Positions 23,012 through 36,446 of a stretch of 64,000 bases of DNA are shown in pieces (position 1 is the first letter of the stretch; every line of letters begins with the position of its first letter). Below the pieces are notes generated by a model. The model was not told where the DNA came from. It saw nothing but the letters and a program-made list of their open reading frames with translations, and made no database searches. This stretch comes from Orbicella franksi (taxonomy: Eukaryota). The stretch is from assembly GCA_964199315.1 (NCBI GenBank), contig OZ116708.1:9238001-9302000 (forward strand), written 5' to 3'. Both the position numbers and the translations under genes were made by a program.

Positions 23012-24853
23012 ATCGTGGGCGACATAAGTGGGAAACTAGTTATCCAAATAAATTAGCTATGACTTACGACGTCATCGCTTAAACGTCATCGCTTAAAAAT
23101 CATATTGTTTTTCGATGAGCTAGTCCAGTGTAACGATTTGAACACTCTACTTACGGAATTCGAATTTATTACCTCCTGCCAACGGGCCACCCTGCTGGAC
23201 CCAAGTGACGGCCCAAAACCCCATCAAAACGCACAAGGGGCAACAAGAGCCAGCTCTGAGTGCCGTCAGTGGTTTACTTCTCGGGGTAAACATCCCGGGT
23301 TGGTTCTTCATCGGTGGATATTCACTTATCTTGTCGTTAACTATGAACTTGCTGAACCATGTGTCCTAACTGAGGACTGTAATGGCATTTTCCATACCCA
23401 AGGACACAACACAAAAGCTCGGTCCCAGCGGCTGAATATAGATAAGTATTCTGAATATACGGTCTGAGTTGCCCTCGTCAGTGAGTGCTGTGTATTCGCA
23501 GGAGGGCTCCTTAACGTACTCAAAATTCCAGGGGAGCAATTATCGCCAAAACTTAGCCATACTTCATGAGGTTTCCCCTTTTCTTTACATTTAAGAAAAT
23601 GCTGTTCCATTCATCACTGAAAGTTTTTCAGGAAATTCAAGCCGGAATGCCTGGTCGGATGAAAAGAGTTCACAAGAGCTCAACAAGAGCCAGCTCAGAG
23701 TGCGGTCAGCGGTTTACTTCTCGAGGTAAACATAAATCGTAAACATGGCGGTTGGTTCTTCATCGGATGTTCACTTATCTTGTCGTGAAAAAAACATCGC
23801 TGTTCTTTAGCGAGGAAAAAGGAAAAAAACCGACCTCATTACCTTCTATACACTAAATCGAGCTGTAGTTTGGGTGTCAGCGATGGCTAGTTCACGTGGA
23901 ATTATCGAGCGAAGTTCGAGCACTCATCAAGCTATCGAAAGCGTCGTAAGCAACTTGTGAGTTAAACTCGTGCATTCAAAACTGACTTTGTTTCCTTTAT
24001 TTGAAATATAATGCATGTCCAATGATTTCGTCGTTTGTTTCTGATCATTTTAGACATCTCTGTGGGACAAGAAAAAACGATGCTTCGTGATTACGGATCT
24101 TTGAAAATGGAGGAAAAACATGGAGACCATCGAAATACGGCAAGTTCACAAGACCATAAATATTTCACCAAGGAGATAGCGCAAGGTTTCTTGCCGTAGT
24201 GACATTTTCTAGTTTATCTTCTTTTAGGCTGTGTTGGTTTGACGGGAATAGGATGCCCTATTTTTTTTTTTTTTTTTTTTTCAAAATTACAGTTTGAATT
24301 TGATCCATTTTGCGTGTCTCATCGAGCTGAACGATATGGGTGTCGTTTAATTCTCGTTAAATGCCTGGTTCGAGCTCACTGTATATAAAAGTTGGTTTGG
24401 CACATTATGAAGACATATACTTATAAATAACAGTGGTGTTTGTTTTGTGCAGAGATTTTTTGTTCTTGCTTATTTGATTTTAATCTAGGTGTTGACAATG
24501 GCCATCACGGGTCTCCACTCGGGTGAACCGAAAATTCCCTATTTAAAACACGAAAAATTTAACAGATCTTATCGGACGGATTGTGGTTTTAGTATAAGTA
24601 CATGAATGTCTCACAACACACAAGAAATGCCGGACCATTCTTACAGAGACTGCCTCTTAAATTAAAGAAAAAAATAAATAAACAGTTCAACAGAGCTTAC
24701 ATTTCTTGTTTATACACGATCTAAAATCCAGGGTCAACATTGCGTAAAACTTAATTACCAACATAACAGTCAAATCATCACTGAGAGTCACCCAAAGGTG
24801 TGTTGTGTTTTACTGCCTTCCTTAATACCAAACGACGACCTTATTTTGTCGAG

Positions 24854-26173
24854 ATGAAGTCAAGCTTTTTCTTACTCCTGGCCAGTTGTTTCCTCGGCAG
24901 AGTTGCTGCGAAAACCACTCAGACCGATACATACAAACAGGTCGATGATGGCAAGATTGTACTGCACCAGATATTTCACCCGTCGGGAACAGTCAATTGC
25001 AAAGAGGAAATCTCTTCGCTGAGGAAAGAAGTGGAAATGCTGAGAAAAGATCTGACCCATCTATTGGACAAGAATGAAACCCAAGGTAAAGGAGCGATTT
25101 GTTAGTTAATTTATACCTGATCTTTTCTGGTGTTTTCATAATTGTTTTTATTTATTCAATTGAATAAATTTATCCATTTATGCATAATGCTATCTGTAAG
25201 AGTTGCTTTGCTGGGGAAGTCGGGACAGTTGGGAAAGCGTTGAAGCTACAATAGAATAAAGTTCAGCAAACAGATGCGACTTTATACTTGGTTTAACTGA
25301 ATCAGCCACAATTGTTCAGGCGCGCGGCGATCTGAAAGTCATGGCTAATTACAGTGCTGAATCATCAAAACTCGACAGAACCATTGCGTTGCTCCCTTAA
25401 GATTTCGGTGTATAACGAGGATTAGGGAAAACTAAAAGAAAACCAGGAATTTATTATTTTCTTTGACAACTTCTAATTTCGTGTATTGAATTTTTTCAGT
25501 TGCTTTTGTCGATGATCGAAATAATGATTATCATTTACAAACAATATTTATTATAATAGGACACGTCAGCAACTGTATCTTTCACAGTTCAGTGCCTTGT
25601 GAATTAAATTTTAATTTAATCAAAATTTGAAAATTAAATAGACCCAATTGACAATTAAAGTTTTGTGAAGGAATGTAACACACTGAATGACTAATCTGTT
25701 TTTCAGACCCCTGGATCAAGCTTAACACAGCCCCGGTGTGTTTTGGTGCGAAAGGCAACCAGTTTGGCAAGTTCTCTGTTCCATCCGGTGGCCGCTTGCT
25801 GGCAATTAAACTTGTTCATATGTACGGTTACGTCAGGTGCACCACGGGCAACGTCCAATATTGGTCTTACTGGGGCTGCGGTACTGTACATGGAGGCGTG
25901 GGAGATCAAGTCAGTGTTGTGGTAACAACCTCTACTAATGGAGTTCTTTTGCCTGCGAGTCAGTTCATCACGGATAGTACACATAAGTGGTTTAGGATTC
26001 CCGGATATAATTCGCTGTCTCCTGAGCTCGTTCTGTCTGTGTTCTCCAGTCCCCCGACTGTTACCTCAGGACAAGTGCTACGCTTGTGGTATGGTGAAGA
26101 TTTAGCGAGTGATGTCGGTGATCGTGACAACGGTGGAACATCTTGTTGTGACGTGTTTGCTCGCCTCATGTGA
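24854..26173 (+). CDS. S2: secreted protein (232 aa), paralog of S1 in inverted orientation
   Basis: Exon 1 is 24854-25085 (MKSSFFLLLASCFLGRVAA..., donor AAG|GTAAAG, phase 1). Exon 2 is 25707-26173 (acceptor TTTTTCAG|AC). AATAAA at 26311. Intron position is identical to S1. Confidence 0.85.
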
Positions 26174-26431
26174 AACTAGATGATCCGCCTCCTTTTCAGC
26201 CTGGCTTTGAAACCCGTTTTAACATATGATATTAAGGGAATGGTGCTGGGTTAATTTTTTGTAGGTTCCTGTGATTTGTTTTTAATTTGAAAAACAAACT
26301 TCAGAAACTCAATAAACTTGCATTGAAATGCCGTGAACATCCGGTGTGTTAGTATCTTAGTTATCTTGTTCATTAAAATCTACTACCTTCTACACATGTT
26401 CTAAATTTGGCTCCAAAGGGTAATCATTCTT

Positions 26432-26725
26432 CAGGGGCGGGTCCAGGATTTTTCCAGGGGAGGAGGGAGGGAGGTTGGGGTTGCAGAATCAATGGGGGGA
26501 AGTTCCCAAAATGTTGCATTTTAAGAATTGGAAACTAATTGAAAACCGTTTCGTCAGAAATACTAGCGATGCCATAAACTTAGAAATTACAATGAGGTAT
26601 CTGTTCAGAGAGTTTGCCCTTATTTCTGCGTAATAATCAAAATCTTTTTCATTGTTTTCTACGTTTTCCCTTCTCCAAAAGGGGTTGGCTTGCCAACTGA
26701 TCCACCCTCCCTAAATCCGCCCCTG
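26432..26725. mobile_element. MITE with CAGGGGCGG...CCGCCCCTG termini (hAT-like)
   Basis: Terminal inverted repeats are present, but no clear TSD. Confidence 0.5.
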
Positions 26726-27813
26726 ATATTTCATGGTTTGGTGCAGACTGTGATGTGGACAGTGTCAACTTTTGAATGCAGCTTTTTACACTCTATTCAT
26801 TGCTAGTTCACTTCAAACTATAAAAAGTTAACCAGGAGCAACAAAGTTTTGTTCAACAGTCAACCCTTCAAAATAACAAAATAACATTGGCTTTTGGTCT
26901 TGAATTGCAAAGCCCAAATTTCTCTGTTTCTTATGCTCAAATTGGGATTTCCTTCAGCTTTCTTTGGTTGAATCTGCCGAAATTATCACAGTACAACGAA
27001 TCAAACCAGATAAAAATTTTGAAATTTGCGTTTATTGAGTCTCGGTTAAAAAAACAATGTGGTCTTATTATTATTTTTTTTCGAAAAAACAAAGAATTAT
27101 AATTTCACTGCAAAATTGCTTGGATTTTTACGGAAAATCTGGAGGAAATCTGAAGGAAGGTTTTAAGTTTTACACCGCAACAAATGCGTAATCAAAATAA
27201 GAATTTGCTATGGTCAACCTAGACACAGTGCGAGGTGTAGTGGCTAGGATTATTGCCAGTTTCGACGGAAACTATACTCCATGCCCCCTTACCATTTCCC
27301 CGGGTTTTTTCCGACATTCTTACAGACTCCGTTATAATACTGGTCGTAGAGAAGTGAACACAATGACCCGCACTTCAGTATCTTGGTTATCGGCTATCAA
27401 AGGCAAAAGACACCCCACCGCTCCCTCCCATGTGAAAAGTCAGTCTCCCCAGTTTGTTGTTTTGGCTTTCTCTGCCCGGTTTTCAGGACAAAAATATCTT
27501 CGATACATCCTTATTTTCGTTAAAATAATCATTTATTTATAGAACACTTTTTCCATAGGACTGGAATGTGTTTATCATTTCTTTTTTCGTTTTTTTTTTT
27601 TTAGCACTGTACATATTTACATTATGTGGACAAACATTTATTACAAAAAAAGAAAAGACTTGGTAAAAAGTTCAAAAACTCTTCGTTCAGAAATATTCTT
27701 GTCCACTGAACAATTACAACTGTCTTCACACATCAAGCCAGAGAGGCATTTAGCAAGAAAATCTGGAAAAAAAGAAAACATCGGACATTAAATAAACTTG
27801 ATTAACTAATTAG

Positions 27814-28067
27814 GGGTGCTTACCATTTACAAAAACCATCCGGTTGGAAATTTCAGGCATAAAGATTAAACAATTGCGTGCGACGTTGCGGGAGAAGGAA
27901 TCGCTATAAAGTATATCCACATCAGTTAGAGAGACTTAAAAGAGCAGAAAAATAGCATCACCTCAAATCACAGCCCATATTTTCTGAAGCTTCCCGAACG
28001 GAATGGCGCGAACCATTTGATTTTCCAACTGGAATTTCCGGTTTTCCCATGTAAATGGTAAGTACCC
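27814..28067. mobile_element. Tourist/Harbinger-type MITE with 3-bp TAG TSD
   Basis: TIR GGGTGCTTACCATTTAC / GTAAATGGTAAGTACCC, with TAG at 27811-27813 and 28068-28070. Confidence 0.75.
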
Positions 28068-28461
28068 TAGGTCTTTTGCGAGTTCGCTCGTGACTTGTGT
28101 GACGTGACTCAAAAACTATGGGTCACGCAGTCACGCAAACTAAACTGAGTAGGGGACCCACAACTACCAGCGCCTAGCTCTAAATTCCGTTGTTTGAAGC
28201 CACCGAGGGAACTGGAAGAGAAAATATTGACATTCCCTCTGTTCTCTGTCCCCCTAAAGGGACGGCTAGTCTATCGCAGGTGACCTCCAGCACTGATCAG
28301 GTGTCCCTAGGAGTTCAAGAGTACCCCATTTTGTGTGGAGAACAGCACCGTGAGAGGTAAGCGTCTTGCTCAAGAATCCAACACCATGCTCGATTTAGAA
28401 TCAAAGAAGCAAAATATTCATCACGAATAGAAATTAGATTATACCTGCCGTTTGACACGCC

Positions 28462-31400
28462 TCAGTCAAAATTTGCTGCTGAAAAAGTCGAAGGACGCTC
28501 TGCAGCTGGGCTAGCGAAAGAACTCTCTGAGTCTGAGTGGGATTCTTTGTTGGAAGAAGATTTTGATTTGAAGGAGAACAGCTTACTGTTGAAAAAAAAC
28601 GCATCGGATATACAGCATAAATTAAACAAGGAACTGTTAGAACTACATGTTGTCAAGTAGCGTGGATTTCCGAGCTCCTTTTTTTTTATTGTTTTTTTCT
28701 TTTTCGTTTTTGAAAGACGCTTAATAGCTGCTTAATGTTTGGGTATATTGCACCTAAAGAGGCTTTGCTTATGCTTTTTTGTTTGTTTGTTTGTTTGCTT
28801 GTTTGTTTGTTTTTGCATTAGGTTGTTTAGTTTAATTGTCAACCCATTAAGAAAGGTCAACAGTTGGTATTTAAAAACTCACGTCAGTTTTGCTTTCTTT
28901 GTTTGACGCTTAACTACTTTAGCTCTATATTTTATCGACAACGGAGTTTGATAACATCTTTGCTGTAAAAGACAGGTATTCTGATGAAACAAGGGAATAG
29001 GTACTTACCTGGGTAGTTTAAAAAACTTCCCCCGTCGAGCTCTCTTGATGTGCTTTTCACAGTAATAGCAGAGACATCCACCTTCTGGATCAACAGGAAT
29101 GCGAGGCAAATTATAAATATCTCGAATGGCCTGCAAGCCTTGCAACACGTCACGTGGCTTGATCCCTCGCGCTTTCTTCATCTTAATATCCTTCTGAAGT
29201 TCCTGTTTTCAAAAGTGTAAAAAAAAGAAAAAAATGTCAGTTGTTGTCGCTGTTAACGAATAACATTTATACCCATGCCCCCACCACACACCCCGCCAAC
29301 CCCCACCCCGCTGCTACATAACTGTTTCAATCGCCTGCGACGGAACAAGGAACACTGAGGCTAGCAAGGGAAACAACTTGCACATTTTCCCCTAGTTTCT
29401 ATCACGCCATATCAGACTTGTGTGGTCTTTCCATAAGCGAACAAATATTTTAGCTTGACTGCACTGCCACGTGCGAAAATACGAACCTTGTTTCCAAAAG
29501 GCCTGTTATGCTACCGAAAGCGTAGATACTTTTAATTATTACCTTCCATGTTTTGTAATCCTTGTGGTTCAACACTCGTATCTTTGCGGAGTTGCTAGTT
29601 GAAGCACCCCTATCCAAAGACGTCATCGATTCGTCTTCCCGTCGTACCTCTCGCTTGGCCTTAGGACCCGCGGCATCTCTTGGATGAGCGCGGCCTAGTA
29701 AAATTATGTCCTTTGCAAAAGCGATTTCTTGAGCAAGGGTTTGCTTGGGTCGGCCTGGGTACTTAAGTGTGCGCTTGATCAGGTGGCGGCACATGGATGA
29801 TCGTTTGTCGCGTTCTCTGTCCACATTCTCGTTCATAATCATTGACTGTAGAAGGAAAAAACAACATATAGATCTTACTGCGTTGAGCACCCTCAGTCTT
29901 CAGAAAAATCCCCACCCTCTTTCTTTCGACAAAGCAATGAAATGTAAAGTAGATAATAAAGTAATGAGAATGAGAGCAATCCATTTACAGATTTGTCATT
30001 AATTTGGCTAGCTCCGCGAGAGAGCCTGATATGAATCAAATCATGTGCTTTGATTGGCTCTCCGAACAAGCAAACAATGAACCGTGTTGTACGGTCGGGA
30101 CTGCTCGTTCTGTCTCGCTAGAAATGGTCTGCCCATGCATAAAACTTGGCTAGTCAAGATGACTGAAAATGGTCTGGTTGTTGCTGTTTTTTTAAGTGTC
30201 TTTAGGAACCTTGACCGCGTCTCTGTCCTTACATACGCAAAAGAAGAAATTACTCTTGTGTTCAAGACCTCACTATAGGTCAAAAACCGATATATCGTTT
30301 TTATCAATCAGGTGTCGCGACACCACCTAATCGTTTCCCACTAAAAGTTTTACGTCTTCATCAACCCAGCCTTGAAAGACTCTAAAAAAGAAAATGTATG
30401 TCTGCCTTTCCATTCGTAACCCTCAATGACAATTTCATACTCTACACTTGTATGTCGCGTACCTTTGCGCGCAAAATGCTCTCAGCCAATGAGTGCTTTG
30501 TTTCCTTGGTTTGGTGTTTGATCACAAGCCTCTTTACTTTGTTTTTGTCCACAAGGTTTTTCTTTTCGCCCAGAATCCGTGAAATTGCCGCGTTCAAGTC
30601 ACTTTTGAATCCACTTAAATCCTGCTCAGATATCAGATGTTTGATGAAACGTCGGTTCTCCAAAGCCTTTCTTCCGCCAGTCAGAACCTTTCCTGAAACG
30701 TACACGACACGTGTTTGCAGAAGTGGTCTACAAGCCATTGCCTAACGGAATATGCTTAGGAGTGGAATAATAACCTATCGACGGAGATTTCTCCCCTTCT
30801 CGCGTGCGATTTTTTCCCCCGAATATACTGTAAAATGTTTACTGTTATTTCTACAAATATAAAGTAGCTAAAGTCTGCAGTTGTCCACCCGTCTGTTCGT
30901 CCGTCCGTTCGTCTGTCTGTCTGTCTGTCTGTATTGTTTTGTTTTTTTTTGGAAATCTATTCTGTCCAGACTGTTACCAACCAATTACGCCAATTTTTTT
31001 TTTCTATTCTTCGTAGTTTGTAAGATTAGTGATCTCATTTAATCTAAATACAAGGCCTGGCGTTGATTAACTTTGTTCAACCTCTGATCTTTACCTTGCG
31101 GTAAGTCTGTTGATGCTGTTGGCGGTGGAATTGTTGGAAGAGTCAATAGCGGCGTTCCATCTGTGGACAAGAACAGACTGTTCGTTATATTATTAAATTA
31201 AAATCAGTTTTCAAAGCTTCCAACTTCTTTTAGTTTCCAAGTTCCAATTCCTATTTTTTTCATCAATGTTAATGATTCCTCTAAAATTTAAAGTATGGTC
31301 TGACATGTTAATTTAACCATCAGACGTACTGAGAGAGGGAGGGACGAAAACGATTAGGCCTCCACCACCTCACCCTTCGTTAATTAATTACTTCTTCACC

Positions 31401-34400
31401 AATTATTGTCCGGTAGTTGAGGTTAATTGCTTGAATGTCAAACACAAACGAAAAGTAAGTTAACATCCTGATCTAGCTAGTAGCAACTTACCTTGGTTGG
31501 ACTTTTCATTGACAGCAGACGTCTCTTCATCGTCGTTATCACTTCCCGTAATATCGATGATAGCATCACTTGTTGTCGCATTTTTCATTTCTGCTTCTTG
31601 GCTCGTGTAACTCATTTCTCCAAAAGAGGATTCAGATTCAATGTCAGATATCACCGAAGATTCCTCGTCATCATAATCAGGCCCCATCGTTATCACCACT
31701 TCTTCCTTGCTTGATTCTTTGTCGGCATCTTTGACTGCACTCAGCACCTCGCTTTCTGATTTGTCTCTTGAGTTGTCAATTTCCTCGTCATCGTCCTCCA
31801 TAGTTATCACGACTTCATTACGTGCAGCAACAGGTGTCTTACAGGACTCTGTTGAGGAACTGGTACCATCGCTTGCCATGAAGACGCTAGGTGTCGATTC
31901 ATCGGAAACAGTAGGCAGTAAAGACAAGCTGGGCTTAGATGGGTGTGGCGAGAGTGAGGACGCAAGGGTTGTCTGTTCGGATGATGTAGATAGACCAGGC
32001 CTTGGTTGAGTTGTAAACGGAAGAGGACTGTGGACAGTGTTGTCTGTCAGGTCAAAAGCCGTAGCTGATGAACGGGTCTCGATCGCCAAATCAGAATCAC
32101 CTACTTCCGTTTCGGATGCCAGTGAGATGCTTGACACAGATGTCAAGGGCGTTTCAGTTGATACATGTAAGTCAGACAAAGACGATGTTGTGAATGAAGA
32201 ATCCAGGGATTTTGTCTCAGGAATCTCATTAACCGTCCAAACCTCTGTCTTAGGCGGGTCATCGAGTGTAGGAACGGCAATCAATGGAGTTGACCTTGGT
32301 GTGTCGGTCAGTGTCCATATTTTCTGTTCTTGTGTCGGATGATCAGGCGATTGAGATAAAGGGACTGATTGTGATCTTCTTGGAGACGTCGTTGGTGTTG
32401 CCACAGGACTAGCGCCCTTGTTACGTCTTGTGTTTGTCCGGTCAAATATGACTTCCTCCTCGCTCAGTTCTTCGCTGAGGTAACCAGTTGAGGGGAAATT
32501 TAATCCCATCTCACGTTTATAACGTCGTCGCCATCGTTTCTTACAAATTCCCCTGCAAAGGAAATATATACATTTCGAAATGGAGAAATGTTTGATAACT
32601 ATAATACCGTTGTATAAAATGTACACGAGTTTTAAAACAGTAATTTTCTTCTGAGAAACTGGCTAATTCAAAATACAACTTCCAATATTTAAAATTGCCA
32701 AAGTCTAATGCCACTTACATGTATATGTGTGCATGATGCATTTAATCTGGGTGGTGTAAATAAGGGGTATAGCTTAAAAGTGAGAATAAGTGGCATCTTT
32801 TATCTTGTGAATAGCTCCAATTTTGTAATATTTATGACATGGATACGTGGGGTATACTTTCAATTAAATAATCTGACATAAAATTTTATTTACGTAACAA
32901 TTATACTAGTTAGGGGTTATATAAAATAAATATATTATAAGTAAAACTGCGACTAGATACTGGGCAGATGTCATAACGCACTAATGTGTTATTATTAGAA
33001 ACAAACTGGCATACACACGTGCATTTTTTGTAATTTCAAACAGTTAAACTAATCAATGGACACAAATATACGTTCTAAATGCGAATTGCGTCTCAATAAC
33101 AGCTGCAATAATTTGTAACAATAAGTACTGAATGGATACAATAATTTTATTGCGCCTCAGTATCAATGACAAATTTAGAAAAAATAATCCTCCCCTAATT
33201 TACTTGGATACGTTTGGGTATGCTCTCCATTAAAATGAGATCAAGTTTTATTTAGTAGTAAATGCATTATACCGATAGTGAAGCTACCAAAAAAGAGTAT
33301 TTCATTTACTTTTTACGGTTGTTTAAGCTTTTGGTATGTACAGTAAAATGTTATGGTGAATTAATCCATTGTATGCTCATAATATTTACCCATTTGGAGG
33401 AAGGAGGCGCAAAATATCGTAATTTTAATTTCAAAGGAAAAACCGTCTGTCTCTTGACTCTTTCGGTCATTAAAATTTTCCATAAATTAATATAATTAAG
33501 TTTTAAAACAAACAGCTATTAGGTACAGGAACTAAAGCAAATTGATTTTGAATTTTTCCACTTAAAAGGTTTAAGAATATTAAGGATCCTAAATTAAAAT
33601 TCATCCGTTCAGCCGTAGATCAAGTAACTTATTCTCCCTACTGACTAACATAGATTGGTTTTAAGTTTATGTCTGAGAATTTAGCAGTGCGTCGAGACCA
33701 TATGAAGGGTTGGTTATTTAGTCCAATATTGTCAATAGTCGTCATGAGAACATATTTAACGTTACACTGGGTTTTGGAAATTAAAGAACACTAAAATCGA
33801 AAACTTACCAAAGTCGACGAGGAACACCAGTGAAAATAAACAATAACATCAAAATCCCTGCCAAGATTCCTGCAATAGTGGCTGCCGGTGAAGTCGACTC
33901 TACTGGCTCTTCATCCTCCGATTGTAATTTCTTCTTCTTGATTTTGAAATGTTTTCCTTTTTTACTGTCATCTAACTTGACGGGATCGTAAGCCGCTTTC
34001 CAACGAAGCCCTGAAGATGCCTTCACTCCAGGATAAACAGCCATCTTGTGTTGTGGCATTGCTGATGTGCCGGCATGTCGCGTTGACCCTTTGTGTCCAT
34101 CCACCTTTGGTTCGCCATCTGGTGAAGAACTGTCCTGCTTATCATTACTGCGGGAAGATTTCTGGTCATCCTGTTCGGTAGTGTTGCCTTCTTTTGAAAG
34201 CAAATCTGATTCTGCATCAGCCGCATCGACTGACGGAATAACCGTTTCTTCAGTTGGTAAAATCGTCAACTTGAAATGCGCTGTGATTTTCGTCTTGTGT
34301 GGTAAACCCGTGATAGATGATGGTGGGGCTTTCTGGAACGCAAAAGCCTCCATGCTTGTGCTATCTTTCAAAACAGAAGCTGATGGAGGCATTCCAGTAC

Positions 34401-36150
34401 CATGTGATGATTTTAAGACGTTGTGTTGTCTTGCCGAACGTCTCATGGCGAACCTAAGTTTTTGCATAGTTGAGACGTTTCTGATCTTGTTATTAGTAGT
34501 CCATTTAATGGACTTTTGGGCGTTCTTCAACGCCGGTAAAACTCTACCGTCCAGTGAGCCGACTCGTTCAACATCAGATGAGAATGAATCCGTAGTCGTT
34601 GATATTTGAACGGGAAACTTGTGTTGTTGGGAGCGAAGCGGTACATCAGTAGATCTCGCTGAGGGATTCTTGAATCCGATCACTTCGCTTGAAGACTCTA
34701 CAAAAAGATGGTTCGGTTCTTCTGCAATTTTAAGAACAGGGATGCAAGTTTAATATGGAAGTCAAAAGACGAATGCAAAAGCTTTAAAGTAAAAAAAAGA
34801 AAAGAGAGAGAGAGAGAGAGAAAAAAAAAGATCTGGAGATATATTGAAATAAATGGCCAAAAATTAAAATGCGGTCAAAATTATTTAATTAAGCTAGGCA
34901 GAAAAGCTCAAAAAGTGTTTTGGCAGCCCTCTGGCAGCGCTGGTTTTGAAGTGAGCATTTCTCAAACCGCGTACGTTTTTTGCAAGGAAAGTTCCGACAT
35001 TAATCTTGGGGTAAAACTAATTAACCATGCAGAAGATTTTGAATGTTATTTACGTTGATAAAAAATTTATCTTAAGCTTAACTTAATGTGAAATATGATT
35101 ACAAAAAAAGCAAGTAAGAATTATTTGTCCTGAGTTTTGCACGCGTACACTTCGTTCAACTGTAAGCGAGTGCAAGTGATTATTCCAAGTTTACCATAAC
35201 TTTCATAATCATTTTTATCATTTCCATCGACGTGAATTTTCGACTCTTACCTCGGTGTTTCTGTGTGACAAAGAATAGTATCTTGCAGCCAACGTAAAGA
35301 GAAAGGCTTAACGTGCACTGCGGCCTGCCTTTCACCTCCGATTTCTCCAACCATACCCAAACCGGCGTAATTTGTCGATAAAAACGTGAATAATCCGTTG
35401 TCTTTTAGACTCAAAATGAGCTGAACGCTAATTTTCAACATCTGTCCGGCTATATGAAGAGTTTCATGCATGCAAACTTGATTTTTTCGTTAGGAAAACT
35501 TCAAGCCCCGACTATCAAACTCAGAAACGTTATGTTGGAAACTTCGTCACTTTCAAAATAGTAAACCCACTCAGTGCGGAATTGATCGAGTGCCTAGCCA
35601 ATCAGGAGTTAGCAACTTCGCGATTGACAAGAAAAGAAACCAAATCAAGATTGAAATGTCTTTTTTTTTGTTTTTTTGTTTTTCTTGCTACTGCTCTCGA
35701 AAGTTCTCAGGGGCAAAAATTTACTCTAATTGGAAATTAAATAGCCGACATTTCTTCAGCCTTCTTGATAAAATCGAACAAGAGCAAACGCGCGTAGCAC
35801 AGGAAAGGGCAGCACTCCCTCTCAATCAGATTAACAAGAAAAGCCACACCTTTCGTCTTCAAGGGCGAAATAAATTACGAGGGAGCTGGTATGGAAACAG
35901 AGGAGTTCTTTCCCTTGCCTGTTAACTTTTTTTTCGATTCCTATGACGGAGGGGCCTAAACTGTTCCCTTTTCAAAATTCGTCTCTGACCGGCATTTAGA
36001 TTTCTAATTCGTGTATTTTTCCGCTCAAAGACGTGGTTTCTGATAAATCGTAAAAGCGAATTTAGAAGATAGGTTCCTCTTACCTTTGCAGAGTGAGCTT
36101 GTTACCAGGAAACAAAGAAAGATCAATATAAATACTTTTCTCTTGTCCAT
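28462..36150 (-). CDS. Gene B: uncharacterised type I single-pass membrane protein (~977 aa), related to gene A in its cytoplasmic C-terminal region
   Basis: Eight phase-consistent exons: 36150-36084 (MDKRKVFILIFLCFLVTSSLCK, AAG|GTAAGA); 34697-33809 (ends in TM ATIAGILAGILMLLFIFTGV, TG|GTAAGT, phase 2); 32552-31492 (S/T/P- and D/E-rich); 31160-31095; 30692-30463; 29845-29543; 29202-29009 (CAG|GTAAGT); 28585-28462. Total 2934 nt = 978 codons with no internal stop. Confidence 0.8.
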
Positions 36151-36446
36151 TTTGAGCACTGTGTTATAACGCAGCTAGAACCAAATGCATTCCCGAAGGA
36201 GATTGAAACATTTGACTTCACAAACGCACACTTTATGACGTCAAGAACGCGCGCGCCTTAACGCCCGCACCAACGGTAACGCAAGTAACAGTAACGCAAG
36301 TTTATAATTATAGCAAACCAAGTGCAAGATACTACAGTTTCTTTTTTTCCAATTCGAAAATTCTAAACTCATTTTGTTGATAATTCTTGCTATTAATTTA
36401 GGCTTCGTTGACTCCTGATGAGCGTTTTAATTGTAGCTTATGGACG

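Larger units (their letters stand above)
16790..26920. repeat. Inverted segmental duplication: arm 1 ~16790-19560, arm 2 ~24640-26920, ~5 kb spacer
   Basis: Reverse-complement similarity extends beyond the S1/S2 exons into upstream sequence (GATCGTGTATAAAC ~19482 vs GTTTATACACGATC ~24708), introns and downstream flanks (GTTGAACAAAACTTTGTT ~16866 vs AACAAAGTTTTGTTCAAC ~26840). Arm ends are approximate. Confidence 0.8.

Noticed and set aside
28440-28660. Plus-strand coding-looking stretch (LPFDTPQSKFAAEKVEG...ELLELHVVK*)
   Set aside because: It is antisense to gene B's terminal exon, whose phase-2 acceptor at 28586 fits the upstream donor. I found no plus-strand upstream exons.
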